A DNA stretch of 64,000 nucleotides from assembly GCA_965205505.1 (NCBI GenBank), contig CBDBHB010000009.1, positions 1,696,001-1,760,000 of the forward strand. The letters run 5' to 3'. The translations under genes were made by a program, and so were the position numbers. This DNA comes from Acidobacteriota bacterium. GTDB taxonomy: Bacteria; Acidobacteriota; UBA890; WLXD01. Below are positions 31,181 to 45,503 of this stretch, one piece after another; the first letter of the stretch is position 1, and each line of letters opens with the position of its first letter. The notes beneath the pieces were generated by a model that worked only from the letters and a program-made list of their open reading frames with translations, was not told the origin of the DNA and searched no databases.

Positions 31181-31642
31181 ATGGAGATTGCCTTCAAGCT
31201 CAACGGCGAGCAGGTCACCGTGCAGACGGAGCCGACGGCGCGGTTGCTCGATCTGCTGCGCTATTCGCTCGGCCTCACGGGTACCAAGGAAGGCTGCGGT
31301 GAAGGCGAGTGTTGCGCTTGCACGGTCTACCTCGATGGCGATCCGGTGAACGCGTGCTTGGTGCCGGTGTTTCAGGTGCGTGGGCGCGAGGTGATCACCA
31401 TCGAGGCCATCGACGGGCACTCCGTCGAGCCCTTGCTGCAGAGCGGCGCCACCCAGTGCGGCGCCTGCACGCCGGGGGTGGTCATGATGGCCACGTGGGT
31501 CGTGACGCGGCCCCACTTGCTGGAGCAGTTTTGTGCTCGTGAGCTAATGGCGGGCAACCTCTGCCGCTGCACCGGCTACGACGGCATCATCGAGGGTCTA
31601 CAGGCGGCCTTGGATGCCGACGGCGCCGAGGATGGAGCCTGA
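31181..31642 (+). CDS. Xanthine dehydrogenase 2Fe-2S subunit
   Basis: TKEGCGEGECCACTV, QCGACTPG, NLCRCTGY. Confidence 0.92.
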   Translation: MEIAFKLNGEQVTVQTEPTARLLDLLRYSLGLTGTKEGCGEGECCACTVYLDGDPVNACLVPVFQVRGREVITIEAIDGHSVEPLLQSGATQCGACTPGVVMMATWVVTRPHLLEQFCARELMAGNLCRCTGYDGIIEGLQAALDADGAEDGA

Positions 31643-32477
31643 TCGCATGCGTGTGCTGATGCCGGATACGCTAGACGGGGCCTTGCAGATGAGGGCATCG
31701 GAACCGGACGCGCTGCCTATCGCCGGGGGTACCGACTTGATGGTCGACTGGCCGGAGCACCTCGATCTGCACGATCGTGTCTTTCTCGACCTGGGCGGCG
31801 TCGGGGGGCTGAAGTCGCTCGTCTGGGACGACCGCTCGCTGGGCATCGGCGCATTGACGACCTACTGGGACGTGCTGAGCGATCCGCGCGTCGGCGCCGA
31901 GCTTTCCATGTTGCAGGCGGCGGCGCGCACGGTCGGGGCAGTGCAGATCCAAACGCGCGGCACCTGGGCGGGGAATATCGCCAACGGTTCGCCGGCGGCC
32001 GATGGGGTGCCGGTGCTGATGGCATACGGCGCCGAGGTCGAGTTGGCCTGCAGGGAGAGCACGCGGCGGATTCCGTTGAGCGGCTTCTACCATGGCTACA
32101 AGCAGCTCGAAATGCGACCCGATGAACTCATCACACGGGTGTGGGTGCCGCGCCGCGAGCATCGCTTCGAGGAGTTCATCAAAGTCGGGTCGCGCCGTGC
32201 TCAGGCAATCAGCAAGGTGGGTGTCGCGTTGGCGTGTTCGGACGAGGGCTGGCGCGTGGTCGCCAACAGCATGGCAGCGACGGTCTGCCGGTGCCCGCGA
32301 CTGGAGCGCCTGCTCGACGCCGAGGTCGAGGTGAGCTCGCCGGCCGACCTGCTGGAGGCGATCCGCGGCGATGTGTCGCCGATTGACGACATCCGCTCGA
32401 CGGCGCGCTATCGCCAAAAGGTGATGAGTCGCGTCGTTTACCATTTCCTTCGCGCCAAGTGCGCGTGGGTCCATTGA
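31632..32477 (+). CDS. Xanthine dehydrogenase FAD subunit
   Basis: IAGGTDL, GNIANGSPAAD, PIDDIRSTARYR. Confidence 0.92.
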   Translation: MEPDRMRVLMPDTLDGALQMRASEPDALPIAGGTDLMVDWPEHLDLHDRVFLDLGGVGGLKSLVWDDRSLGIGALTTYWDVLSDPRVGAELSMLQAAARTVGAVQIQTRGTWAGNIANGSPAADGVPVLMAYGAEVELACRESTRRIPLSGFYHGYKQLEMRPDELITRVWVPRREHRFEEFIKVGSRRAQAISKVGVALACSDEGWRVVANSMAATVCRCPRLERLLDAEVEVSSPADLLEAIRGDVSPIDDIRSTARYRQKVMSRVVYHFLRAKCAWVH

Positions 32478-32496
32478 CCGACCCGGTGCTCGCCCC

Positions 32497-33867
32497 ATGA
32501 AGCGTTCCTTCAATGATCACGTGCTCGATGACCTCGGGCAGCGTATTCGACCTCTGACCGATGACCTCGCCGAGCGTTATCCCGGTGAGTCGTCCGACCG
32601 GCAGCCGGTACACACTGTTTACGGCGGCGCCCAGCTGTTCCGCGCCGGCACTGCGCGTCGCTTGGGAGACCTGGCGTTGCGTGAGCTCGATACGTATGCG
32701 CCTGACGCGGCGACGTTCGGCGATGCGATTGGCCTGGCGGCGGACGACGGGTTGCGCCAGAGAATCTACGAGCGCGTGCGCACCAAGCTCGAGACCGAGC
32801 CCGTCGAAGACTTTCGACTCGACTTCGAAGACGGCTACGGAAACCGCCCGGATGTTGAAGAAGACGCTTGCGCCGTCGCCGCAGCCGAGGCGGTTGCCGA
32901 AGGTCTGGCCACCGCTGCGCTGCCGCCGTTCATCGGTATTCGCGTCAAGCCCCTGGACGAGGAGATGTACCGCCGCAGCGTGTCGACGCTCGATATCTTC
33001 ATTACGACGCTGCTCGACCGAACCGGGGGGCTACTTCCCGACGGTTTCGCGGTGACGCTGCCGAAGATAATGGATCCAGAGGAGGTAAAGCTCTTCGTCG
33101 ACGTGCTCGAGCAACTGGAGCTCGCCGTCGGCCTCGAACCCGGGGCGCTACGGCTGGAGCTCATGATCGAGACGCCCCAGTCGATCATCGCCAGCGATGG
33201 GTCATCGATGTTGCCGGCGCTGGTCAAGGCGACGCGTGGGCGCTGTGTGGGGGCACACTTCGGTGTCTATGATTACACCGCTGCGGCGGGAATCAGCGCC
33301 CAGTACCAGGTAATGGACCATCCCGCATGTGACTTTGCCCGCCACATGATGAAGGTTGCCTTGGCCGGAACCGGCGTGATGCTCTCTGACGGGGCTACCA
33401 ACGTGATCCCGGTTCCGGTTCACCGCGCTGGCCCGGATACCGAGCTAACACGAGTGCAGGTGGAAGAGAATCGACGTTCCTTCCACTCCGCTTGGCGCCT
33501 GCACTACGAGCACGTGCGCCACTCGCTGCGACACGGCTTTTACCAAGGCTGGGACCTGAATCCTTCGCAGCTGCCGACTCGATATGCGGCGGTATACGCA
33601 TTCTTTCTCGAGAATGTAGATGCCGCGAGTCGCCGTTTGCGGAATTTCGTATCGGTGGCGGCGCAAGCTACGCTCGTGGGCCAGGTCTTCGACGACGCCG
33701 CAACCGGACAAGGCCTGTTGAACTTCTTCCTGCGAGGCCTCGGCTGCGGCGCTTTGAGCGAGCGTGAGGTGCTCGAGACCGGACTCTCACTGGACGAGCT
33801 GCGAGGTCGCTCGTTCGCGAAGATCCTGGCGGGCCGCCGCGGCGAAACGCTCGAAGGCGAGCGCTAG
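32497..33867 (+). CDS. HpcH/citrate lyase/malate synthase-superfamily protein (DUF6986-like)
   Basis: RQPVHTVYGGA, DFEDGYG, TLPK, MIETPQ, HFGVYDY, QGWDL. Confidence 0.7.
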   Translation: MKRSFNDHVLDDLGQRIRPLTDDLAERYPGESSDRQPVHTVYGGAQLFRAGTARRLGDLALRELDTYAPDAATFGDAIGLAADDGLRQRIYERVRTKLETEPVEDFRLDFEDGYGNRPDVEEDACAVAAAEAVAEGLATAALPPFIGIRVKPLDEEMYRRSVSTLDIFITTLLDRTGGLLPDGFAVTLPKIMDPEEVKLFVDVLEQLELAVGLEPGALRLELMIETPQSIIASDGSSMLPALVKATRGRCVGAHFGVYDYTAAAGISAQYQVMDHPACDFARHMMKVALAGTGVMLSDGATNVIPVPVHRAGPDTELTRVQVEENRRSFHSAWRLHYEHVRHSLRHGFYQGWDLNPSQLPTRYAAVYAFFLENVDAASRRLRNFVSVAAQATLVGQVFDDAATGQGLLNFFLRGLGCGALSEREVLETGLSLDELRGRSFAKILAGRRGETLEGER

Positions 33868-34137
33868 TGTGCTGTATCCGATATGGCTTGACGCTTGTAG
33901 CGAGCGCGACGGGGCGAGTCCGCGGAGCGGCGACGAGGGCGATGTTGGTACATCGTCGAGGAGCCGCGACGAAGGAATCGCCCGGTCCCGCCGCTACCCT
34001 ACGGGCAGAGGGACTTGCGGGCGATCTCGGCGTCAGGACCCGTCGACGATACGAAAGCATCGCCTTCCGGGCCCATCCTTGAGCTCCCCCGCAATTCCCT
34101 CTGCAAGCGTCAAGCCATATCGGAGATAGCACACTAG
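33864..34137. mobile_element. MITE, 274 bp, 37-bp terminal inverted repeats with CTAG at both ends
   Basis: CTAGTGTGCTGTATCCGATATGGCTTGACGCTTGTAG matches the reverse complement of the right end at 34/37. Confidence 0.85.
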
Positions 34138-34475
34138 CTACCCCGGTAGGTCGAGAAGCCGAACGGGCTCAACAGCAGCGGTACGTGATAGTGTTCGTTC
34201 AGTGCCTCGATCGCGAATACGATGTCGACGCGAGGATAGAAGCACGCGGTTCCGTGCGACTCGTAGTACGCGCCGGTGGCGAATCGCAGGCGATAGGTGC
34301 CCGGCGCCAATTCCTCACCTTGTTGCTGAAAGCTCCCGGCGCGCCCGTCGCCGTCGGTGATGCTCGTGGCAAGGCGCTCCCACCCGTCCGCTTGGCGTTG
34401 ATACAAGGCTACGCGCACGTCAGCGGCCGGGCCACCTAGCGCGGTATCGAGAACGTGCGTGCTGACGGTGCTCAT
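34134..34475 (-). CDS. uraH: 5-hydroxyisourate hydrolase
   Basis: STHVLDT, HYHVPLLLSP, C-terminal YRGS. Confidence 0.95.
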   Translation of the reverse strand: MSTVSTHVLDTALGGPAADVRVALYQRQADGWERLATSITDGDGRAGSFQQQGEELAPGTYRLRFATGAYYESHGTACFYPRVDIVFAIEALNEHYHVPLLLSPFGFSTYRGS

Positions 34476-34984
34476 AGGCTCAACAGCTTACCCAACCGCA
34501 GGCGGGTGATGCGACGCTGCTCCTCGCCGGCGACTCCAATCTCGGTGTCGGGCTCGTTGAGCAGCCGGCTCTCGGCTTGTGCCAGCATCTCGGCGGCGTT
34601 CTTGCCGGTGGCGCAGATCAAGAAGGTATAGCCGAAGCGTTCGTAGTAATGGTCGTTGGCGGTCCGCAAGCGTTGACGCACCGACGCGATGGCCGAGTCC
34701 ACGCCACACTGCTCGCTGCTCGACCAGTCGCGCGTGGATCGGAATTGATCCTGCTGCGAGTCGTTTCCGGCGATACGCGGATGATGGCCGAACGCCTCGA
34801 GCCAGTCGTCGGGCCCTAGCGCTGCCCAAACTTCGGCGGCGGCGTCGAGCAGCTCGACGCTGTCGGCGAACGGGCGCCGGGCGACCATGGCGTCGGTCCA
34901 GCGGCGTGAGCCGCAGCAGCGGAGAAGCTCGCTTGCAGCGACGTCGGGGGGTAGCCGGTTCAGCCACTCCAAGCGCGACCGCAT
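34472..34984 (-). CDS. uraD: OHCU decarboxylase
   Basis: RRPF, HPRI, SSSEQ, YYERFGYTFLICA. Confidence 0.92.
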   Translation of the reverse strand: MRSRLEWLNRLPPDVAASELLRCCGSRRWTDAMVARRPFADSVELLDAAAEVWAALGPDDWLEAFGHHPRIAGNDSQQDQFRSTRDWSSSEQCGVDSAIASVRQRLRTANDHYYERFGYTFLICATGKNAAEMLAQAESRLLNEPDTEIGVAGEEQRRITRLRLGKLLSL

Positions 34985-35976
34985 TATTCGGCGGGGCGCC
35001 CGAGCACGCGAAGCCGGGCCACACCGCCATCGGGAAAGATGTTCAGCCGTACGTGGGTACCGGTCACGGCGTCGTCGAGCTCGAAGCGATGACTGCGGTC
35101 AGCCTCGAGCTTCGATTCGGGGACCAACGGTCGCCAGTCGCTCGCCATCACCGGGGCGAGCGGGTCACCAGCGGTTGTCAGGTCCGCAATGTCCACGCTG
35201 CAGCGGTCCGGGTAGTTGCCGTTGAAGTGGGAGGTCTCGATCACGACCGCCTGCACGGAGCCACGCTGCCCCAGCCTGACGATGCACCAATCGTGTCCCG
35301 GACCACGTCGTCGCCGCGTTTCCCAGCCGTCGTGCATGCCGCTCGAGGTGCCCGGGGCAATCAGATTCTGCGGGGCCGAAAAATACTTGTCGCTGCAATC
35401 GACGATGTTGCCACCGCCCATCGCCGCGCCGAGATCGACCGGCGCATCGAGGTGCGTGCCCTGGGCGGGAGTGGCAACGCCGTACAGGCGGAGGCGCGCC
35501 ACCCCGCCATCCGGATAGATGTTTAGGCGGACGTGGGTGAACGTGTCGGACGATGCCAGGGCGAACCGGTTCACCGAGTCGCCGTTCAGCGGCGAGCGCG
35601 CCAGGATCTCGTGCCATTCGGCTCCGTCTGGCGGGATCTCGTCCGCACAATGGCAGGCGTCGATCGAGCAGCTCGCCGGGTGGTTGCCGCTGAAGTGGGT
35701 CGTCTCCACGCCCACGCCGACGATCCGGCCAGACACTCCGAGCCGTACGATGCACCAGTCGTTGCCAGGCGTGCGCCGACGGCGTGACTCCCAGCCGTCC
35801 ATCCATTTGCCTCGGTCCGTATATTCGCCGGGCCGGAACACCGGAGCCTCGTCCTTCACCAGATTCTCCTTGCCGGCGAAGAACTCGTCGTTGGTGAGGA
35901 CGGCGCGGCCGCCGAGCCGGGCCGCCGCCAGATCGGTGAGGCGCGCGAAGTCGCTGCTATCGAAGGTGTCGCTCAT
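34984..35976 (-). CDS. alc: Allantoicase
   Basis: Duplicated DGWE(S/T)RRRR and RLNI(Y/F)PDGGVARLR. Confidence 0.95.
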   Translation of the reverse strand: MSDTFDSSDFARLTDLAAARLGGRAVLTNDEFFAGKENLVKDEAPVFRPGEYTDRGKWMDGWESRRRRTPGNDWCIVRLGVSGRIVGVGVETTHFSGNHPASCSIDACHCADEIPPDGAEWHEILARSPLNGDSVNRFALASSDTFTHVRLNIYPDGGVARLRLYGVATPAQGTHLDAPVDLGAAMGGGNIVDCSDKYFSAPQNLIAPGTSSGMHDGWETRRRRGPGHDWCIVRLGQRGSVQAVVIETSHFNGNYPDRCSVDIADLTTAGDPLAPVMASDWRPLVPESKLEADRSHRFELDDAVTGTHVRLNIFPDGGVARLRVLGRPAE

Positions 35977-37328
35977 CGTGGTGCGTCGATCCACAGGCCG
36001 TGCGCGCCGTCGATTTCCCCTCTGTCGTAGATGCAGCGGCCGCGCAGAAATGTGGCGACTACCCTGCCACGCAGTGCCATCCCCGCATAGGGAGTGTCGG
36101 GGTGCCGGTGAAACAGCGCGGCGGGGTCGACGCGGAACGATGCGTCCGGGTCGAAGACCACGAAATCGGCATCGAGGCCCGGGGCGATCGAGCCTTTGCG
36201 ATGCTCGATCCCGGCCAGGCGGGCGGGCTCTGTGCACATCCAGGCACGAACCCGGTCGAGGTCATGACCGCGCTGGCGCGCCTCCGTCCAGATGAGCGCG
36301 AGTCCGAGCTGCAGGCTGGCTATGCCGCCCCAGGCGCGGCAGAAGTCACCGCTGTCGAGACACCTCAATTCAGTGGGGCAGGGCGAGTGGTCCGAGGCGA
36401 TGAAGTCGATAGCGCCGGCGCCCAGCGCCCGCCAGAGTGCCTCGCCGTTGGCTCTCTCACGGATCGGTGGTGCGCACTTGAACTGGGTGCCTCCATCGGG
36501 CACGTGCTCCGCTGCCAGCGTCAAGTAGTGGGGGCAGGTCTCGACCGTAATCGGCGTGCCCGAGCGTCGCGCAGCGGCCAGCAGGGGGACACAGCTGGCA
36601 GCCGACAGGTGCACCACGTGGGTGTGGCAACGAGAGCTCTCGCTGAGCGCGATCAGGCGCTCTATCGACGTGTGCTCTGCGGCCTCCGGCCTGGAGGCGA
36701 GATAGCTGCTGTATGAGCTCGGTGAGTTCTTCAGGCCGCACGAAGCGGCGGCGAGCTCCAGATCGCCGGGGTCTTCCGCGTGCACTAGAAGCGGCTTGCC
36801 CCGTGGCACCAGCAATTCGGCGGCGCGCTCCAAGTCTGCATCGGACAGAGCGGGGAAATCGTCGAGGCCGGAAGAGCACAGAAAGCACTTGAGCCCGCGC
36901 ACCCCGGCATCGAGCAGATCCTCGATGTGATCCCGGTTACCTGGCACGACCCCGCCCCAGAAGCCGTAGTCGACGCTACACTTGTCCGCCGCGGCCTCGA
37001 TCTTGGCCCGCAGCGCCTCCGCAGTGGTGGTTACGGGCGAGCTGTTGAGCGGCATGTCGATGATGGTGGTCACTCCGCCCGCCGCCGCCGCCATCGAGGC
37101 GGTCTCGAAGCCCTCCCAGTGGGTGCGGCCAGGCTCGTTGACGTGCACGTGCGGATCGACAAGGCCCGGGAGCAGCCACAGATTGTCGAGATCGTGCCGT
37201 TGGGCCGCCGTAAGGCTGCCGGCATCGGCGATGATCTCGACGCACCCGTTTCGTACCCCGACGTCGGCTGCCTGAACGCCGCCCGGCAATGCGACCCGGG
37301 AGCTGGTCAATACGCTGTCCAGCTGCAT
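35973..37328 (-). CDS. allB: Allantoinase
   Basis: DPHVHVNEPGRTHWEGF, DMPLNS, ETCPHYL, SDHSP, AWGGI. Confidence 0.95.
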   Translation of the reverse strand: MQLDSVLTSSRVALPGGVQAADVGVRNGCVEIIADAGSLTAAQRHDLDNLWLLPGLVDPHVHVNEPGRTHWEGFETASMAAAAGGVTTIIDMPLNSSPVTTTAEALRAKIEAAADKCSVDYGFWGGVVPGNRDHIEDLLDAGVRGLKCFLCSSGLDDFPALSDADLERAAELLVPRGKPLLVHAEDPGDLELAAASCGLKNSPSSYSSYLASRPEAAEHTSIERLIALSESSRCHTHVVHLSAASCVPLLAAARRSGTPITVETCPHYLTLAAEHVPDGGTQFKCAPPIRERANGEALWRALGAGAIDFIASDHSPCPTELRCLDSGDFCRAWGGIASLQLGLALIWTEARQRGHDLDRVRAWMCTEPARLAGIEHRKGSIAPGLDADFVVFDPDASFRVDPAALFHRHPDTPYAGMALRGRVVATFLRGRCIYDRGEIDGAHGLWIDAPR

Positions 37329-37395
37329 GCAAGCAGGGTACAGTTCCCGTGATCCGGACGTCCCCGTCTACCATGGCCTGTCAGGAGTTCCACCG

Positions 37396-38157
37396 ATGAA
37401 GTTCCGCCTTGCCGTGCTGCCGTTGGCACTTACCACCGCCCTCCTTGGATGCTCGACGCAAGATCAAGACGTCGCCAACGTCGCGAGCGACGACGCGATG
37501 GCGGAACCGGAGCACGGTGACGGAGAGGTCGCCGCAGACGACGATCACCACGGCGAAGGCAGAACGAACCGTGATCATTTCTCCAAGCCTGACCAGGTGT
37601 ATGCCTTCCTGGGCATCGGTGTCGGCGATCGCGTTGTCGATGTCATGTCAGGGGGCGGCTACAACGCCGAGCGACTCGCTCACCTGGTGGGAGAAACGGG
37701 CGTCGTCGTGGCCGAAGGCGGCAGCGAGGAGTTCAGATTCCGCTTCGACGAGGGCGGTGATCTGGCGACCGCGGGCAACGTCCGTTTCGTCGAAGACCTC
37801 GCCGAGCTGGAGGACGGCAGCCTCGATGCCGTGGTGGCCGTTCGTGCGTACCATCTCTTCCCGGACGTGCCCGCGACCCTCGCCGAGCTGCACCGCGCCC
37901 TGGTGCCGGGGGGAGTCGTCGGTGTGGTCGAGGTGCGTCTGAATCAGGCCGAAGGTCACGATATGGCGTCGCATCGTGTCGGCGAGGGAACCGTCATCGC
38001 CGACCTCGAAGCGGCGGGGTTCGAGTACGTCGGCGAGTCGGATATCTTGAAGCGCGACGACGATGACTACGCGGTCTTCATTCAGCCGGGCAAAACTCGC
38101 TACATGACCGATCGAATGTTGCTGAAGTTCCGCAAGCCCGGAGGCGCCACCGACTAG
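37396..38157 (+). CDS. Lipoprotein SAM-dependent methyltransferase-like
   Basis: LLGC lipobox, VVDVMSGGGY, LVPGG, TDRMLLKFRKP. Confidence 0.8.
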   Translation: MKFRLAVLPLALTTALLGCSTQDQDVANVASDDAMAEPEHGDGEVAADDDHHGEGRTNRDHFSKPDQVYAFLGIGVGDRVVDVMSGGGYNAERLAHLVGETGVVVAEGGSEEFRFRFDEGGDLATAGNVRFVEDLAELEDGSLDAVVAVRAYHLFPDVPATLAELHRALVPGGVVGVVEVRLNQAEGHDMASHRVGEGTVIADLEAAGFEYVGESDILKRDDDDYAVFIQPGKTRYMTDRMLLKFRKPGGATD

Positions 38158-39559
38158 ATGAGATGAGAAGGCCAACCTCCTGAACGCAGTAGCCTGACGG
38201 CTCTGCAAACGTTTCTTCAAACGTAACGGGCTCGAAGCCCAAGGAGGTTGGCCGATGAGGAGTGTAACGATTGGACTGGACGTAAGCGACCGGTACAGCC
38301 GTATGTGCGTGCTCGACAGTAAGGGCAGGGTGATGGAGGAAGGGCGGGTGAGGACGAGCCCGGAGGGGCTGGCGAGGCGGTTCGGGTGCGAGGAGCCCGC
38401 TCGAGTAGTGCTGGAGGTTGGAACGCACTCGCCGTGGATGAGTGAGCAGTTGAAGCAACTGGGTCATGAGGTGCTGGTGGCTAACCCGAGGCGGCTGAAG
38501 CTGATCTATGGCGAGCACGGACCGACCGGTTGGATGCCGAGCACCTGGCACGAGTGGGCAGAATGGACCCAAAGCTGCTTAAGACGGTGCAGCATCGAGG
38601 CAGACAAGCGCGAGCGGATCTAGCCGTGATTCGGAGCCGAGATGCTCTGGTAAAGAGCTGCACGCAGTTGGTGAGCCATGTGCGTGGTGCGGTCAAGTCG
38701 GCCGGTTGTCGTATTCCCAGGTGCTCGACGCCGGCGTTCGCGCGCACCGCGCCAGAGCACATACCGGAGCGGCTCAAGGGAGCGCTCGAGCCGGTGCTTG
38801 AAACGATCGCCATGCTGACGGGCAACATCCAGCAATACGAGCGTCAGATCGCGCAGCTGTGCCAGGGGCGATACCCGGAGACACAGCAGCTCCAGCAAGT
38901 GGCCGGGGTCGGAGCTCTGACCGCACTGGCGTATGTGCTGACGCTCGAGGAGCCGGAGCGGTTCAATACCTCCAGAGCCGTGGGCCCGTACCTGGGACTG
39001 AGACCGAAGAAACGGCAGTCGGGGGACAAGGACCCTGCGCTACGAATAACCAAGGCGGGCGACAAAATGCTCCGACGCCTGTTGGTGGGCTCGGCGCATT
39101 ACATCCTGGGCCCCTTCGGGCCCGATACTGAGCTCAGACGCTGGGGGCTCAAGCTGGCCGGACGCGGTGGTCCTCATGGCAACAAAAAGGCAGCAGTTGC
39201 TGTCGCCCGTAAGCTCGCCGTTGTGCTGCACCGACTGTGGCTGAGTGGAGACGAGTACGAACCGTTGCGCGCACCTGTAGAGGTTTCAGCAGCATGAACT
39301 AACCCGCAACCAGGAGGTCGGTAGGGCGACGCGACCCAACGGTTATCGATCTGACCGCCCGGTCCGGGCGACTGCGAAGGTCACTACGAGCTTCGAGCTC
39401 GGCAGCTAGATTGCAGCGCCTCGAATCGGGACGGACCCCAGAATGCACCGGACGACCTGAATCCTCGTCCACCAGAGTGCGAATAGGAGCATGGCGTGCA
39501 GATCGATTCTTCGCTGGGCACCACATTGCCCTTGACCGAACTAGGCCTTCTCTTAGAAG
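38158..39559 (+). mobile_element. IS110 family, IS1111-type element; transposase 38255-39297 with a frameshift at ~38515
   Basis: DEDD residues (IGLD, VLE, TDRLDA), RQSG, AVARKL; subterminal IR GAGAAGGCC/GGCCTTCTC; AG at both junctions. Confidence 0.9.
39298..39543 (+). ncRNA. Candidate bridge/seek RNA region of the IS1111-type element
   Basis: ~250-bp non-coding end downstream of the transposase with several hairpins, the position expected for IS1111-type guide RNAs. Confidence 0.6.
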
Positions 39560-39592
39560 TGGCCTGTAGCAGATGATCTGTTACAGGCCACT
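39558..39592. repeat. 35-bp palindromic repeat (IS target)
   Basis: AGTGGCCTGTAGCAGAT-G-ATCTGTTACAGGCCACT, arms match 16/17. Confidence 0.85.
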
Positions 39593-39619
39593 CGCAGGCC
39601 GTGGTGAAAGTGTGGCCTG

Positions 39620-44700
<5,081 letters not shown>

Positions 44701-44804
44701 CGTGGGCAAGCGGAAGCGGCGCCGAGCGGCTCTCGGAGGCGGGCGGTACCGAGCCGTGCGCCGACGATCATCGTAGCAGGCTCGCGCTGGGTGGTAAAAC
44801 GAGC

Positions 44805-45503
44805 TCAGTGGCCGTCCGAGCTCGCCGCCTCCGTCAGCGGTGGGTAGAACTGCACGAAGACGTTGTCGATCGCGCCGTGTTCCGCATGGCACGCGCCGCA
44901 GGCCGGGGTACCTACGCGACGGGCGACCCCAGACGTGTCGACGTTGAAGTAGGCCCAACCCCCGAAACGCTCGGTGTCCTTGATGGCGGCGTGGATGCCC
45001 TGAAGGTCTCCGGCGAACCAGCCGTCGCCGGCTATCGAGACGCCGGTCGTCGGCTCGCGCATCTCGAGGGCGAAGGTGGTGCCTTCCTTGAACTGCCCCG
45101 TCTGTCGGAAGTGGTGGTACGCACCAGGCTCAAGATAAACCTGGGTAAACACGCCAGGGTGATCCTGGCCGTTACGATCACCGCGCCGACGTGTTGCCGA
45201 GGTCTCACCATAGGCCAGGCCGGTGGCAGAGCCCACGAAGACCCACTCCCGGTACGCGTTTGGGAACTTCAAGTTCCCATCGACTCCGAAAGCGAGCGTG
45301 AAGGGCTCGGCGGCGAGCGCCGTCTGGCCGCTCGACGGCTCCGGGGTTGCTCGTAGCCAAGCGGCTCCGGCGCGCCCCCCCAGTTCCAGGAGGTCGACGC
45401 CGGCTCGCTTGAGCGGTCCGTACCCGGCGACGACAGCGACGGCCAGAAGACCGACGATGACGGCGCGCCCCCGATCCGGGGAGCGCTGCCGCGGGACATC
45501 CAT
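44805..45503 (-). CDS. Cytochrome P460 / c'-beta family protein
   Basis: [10 protein letters not shown]-terminal CGACH, VFVQFYP. Confidence 0.8.
   Translation of the reverse strand: MDVPRQRSPDRGRAVIVGLLAVAVVAGYGPLKRAGVDLLELGGRAGAAWLRATPEPSSGQTALAAEPFTLAFGVDGNLKFPNAYREWVFVGSATGLAYGETSATRRRGDRNGQDHPGVFTQVYLEPGAYHHFRQTGQFKEGTTFALEMREPTTGVSIAGDGWFAGDLQGIHAAIKDTERFGGWAYFNVDTSGVARRVGTPACGACHAEHGAIDNVFVQFYPPLTEAASSDGH

Noticed and set aside
31290-31325. Extra Cys in the 2Fe-2S motif (GECCAC instead of GECGAC)
   Set aside because: A single-base difference that cannot be told apart from error or neutral change.
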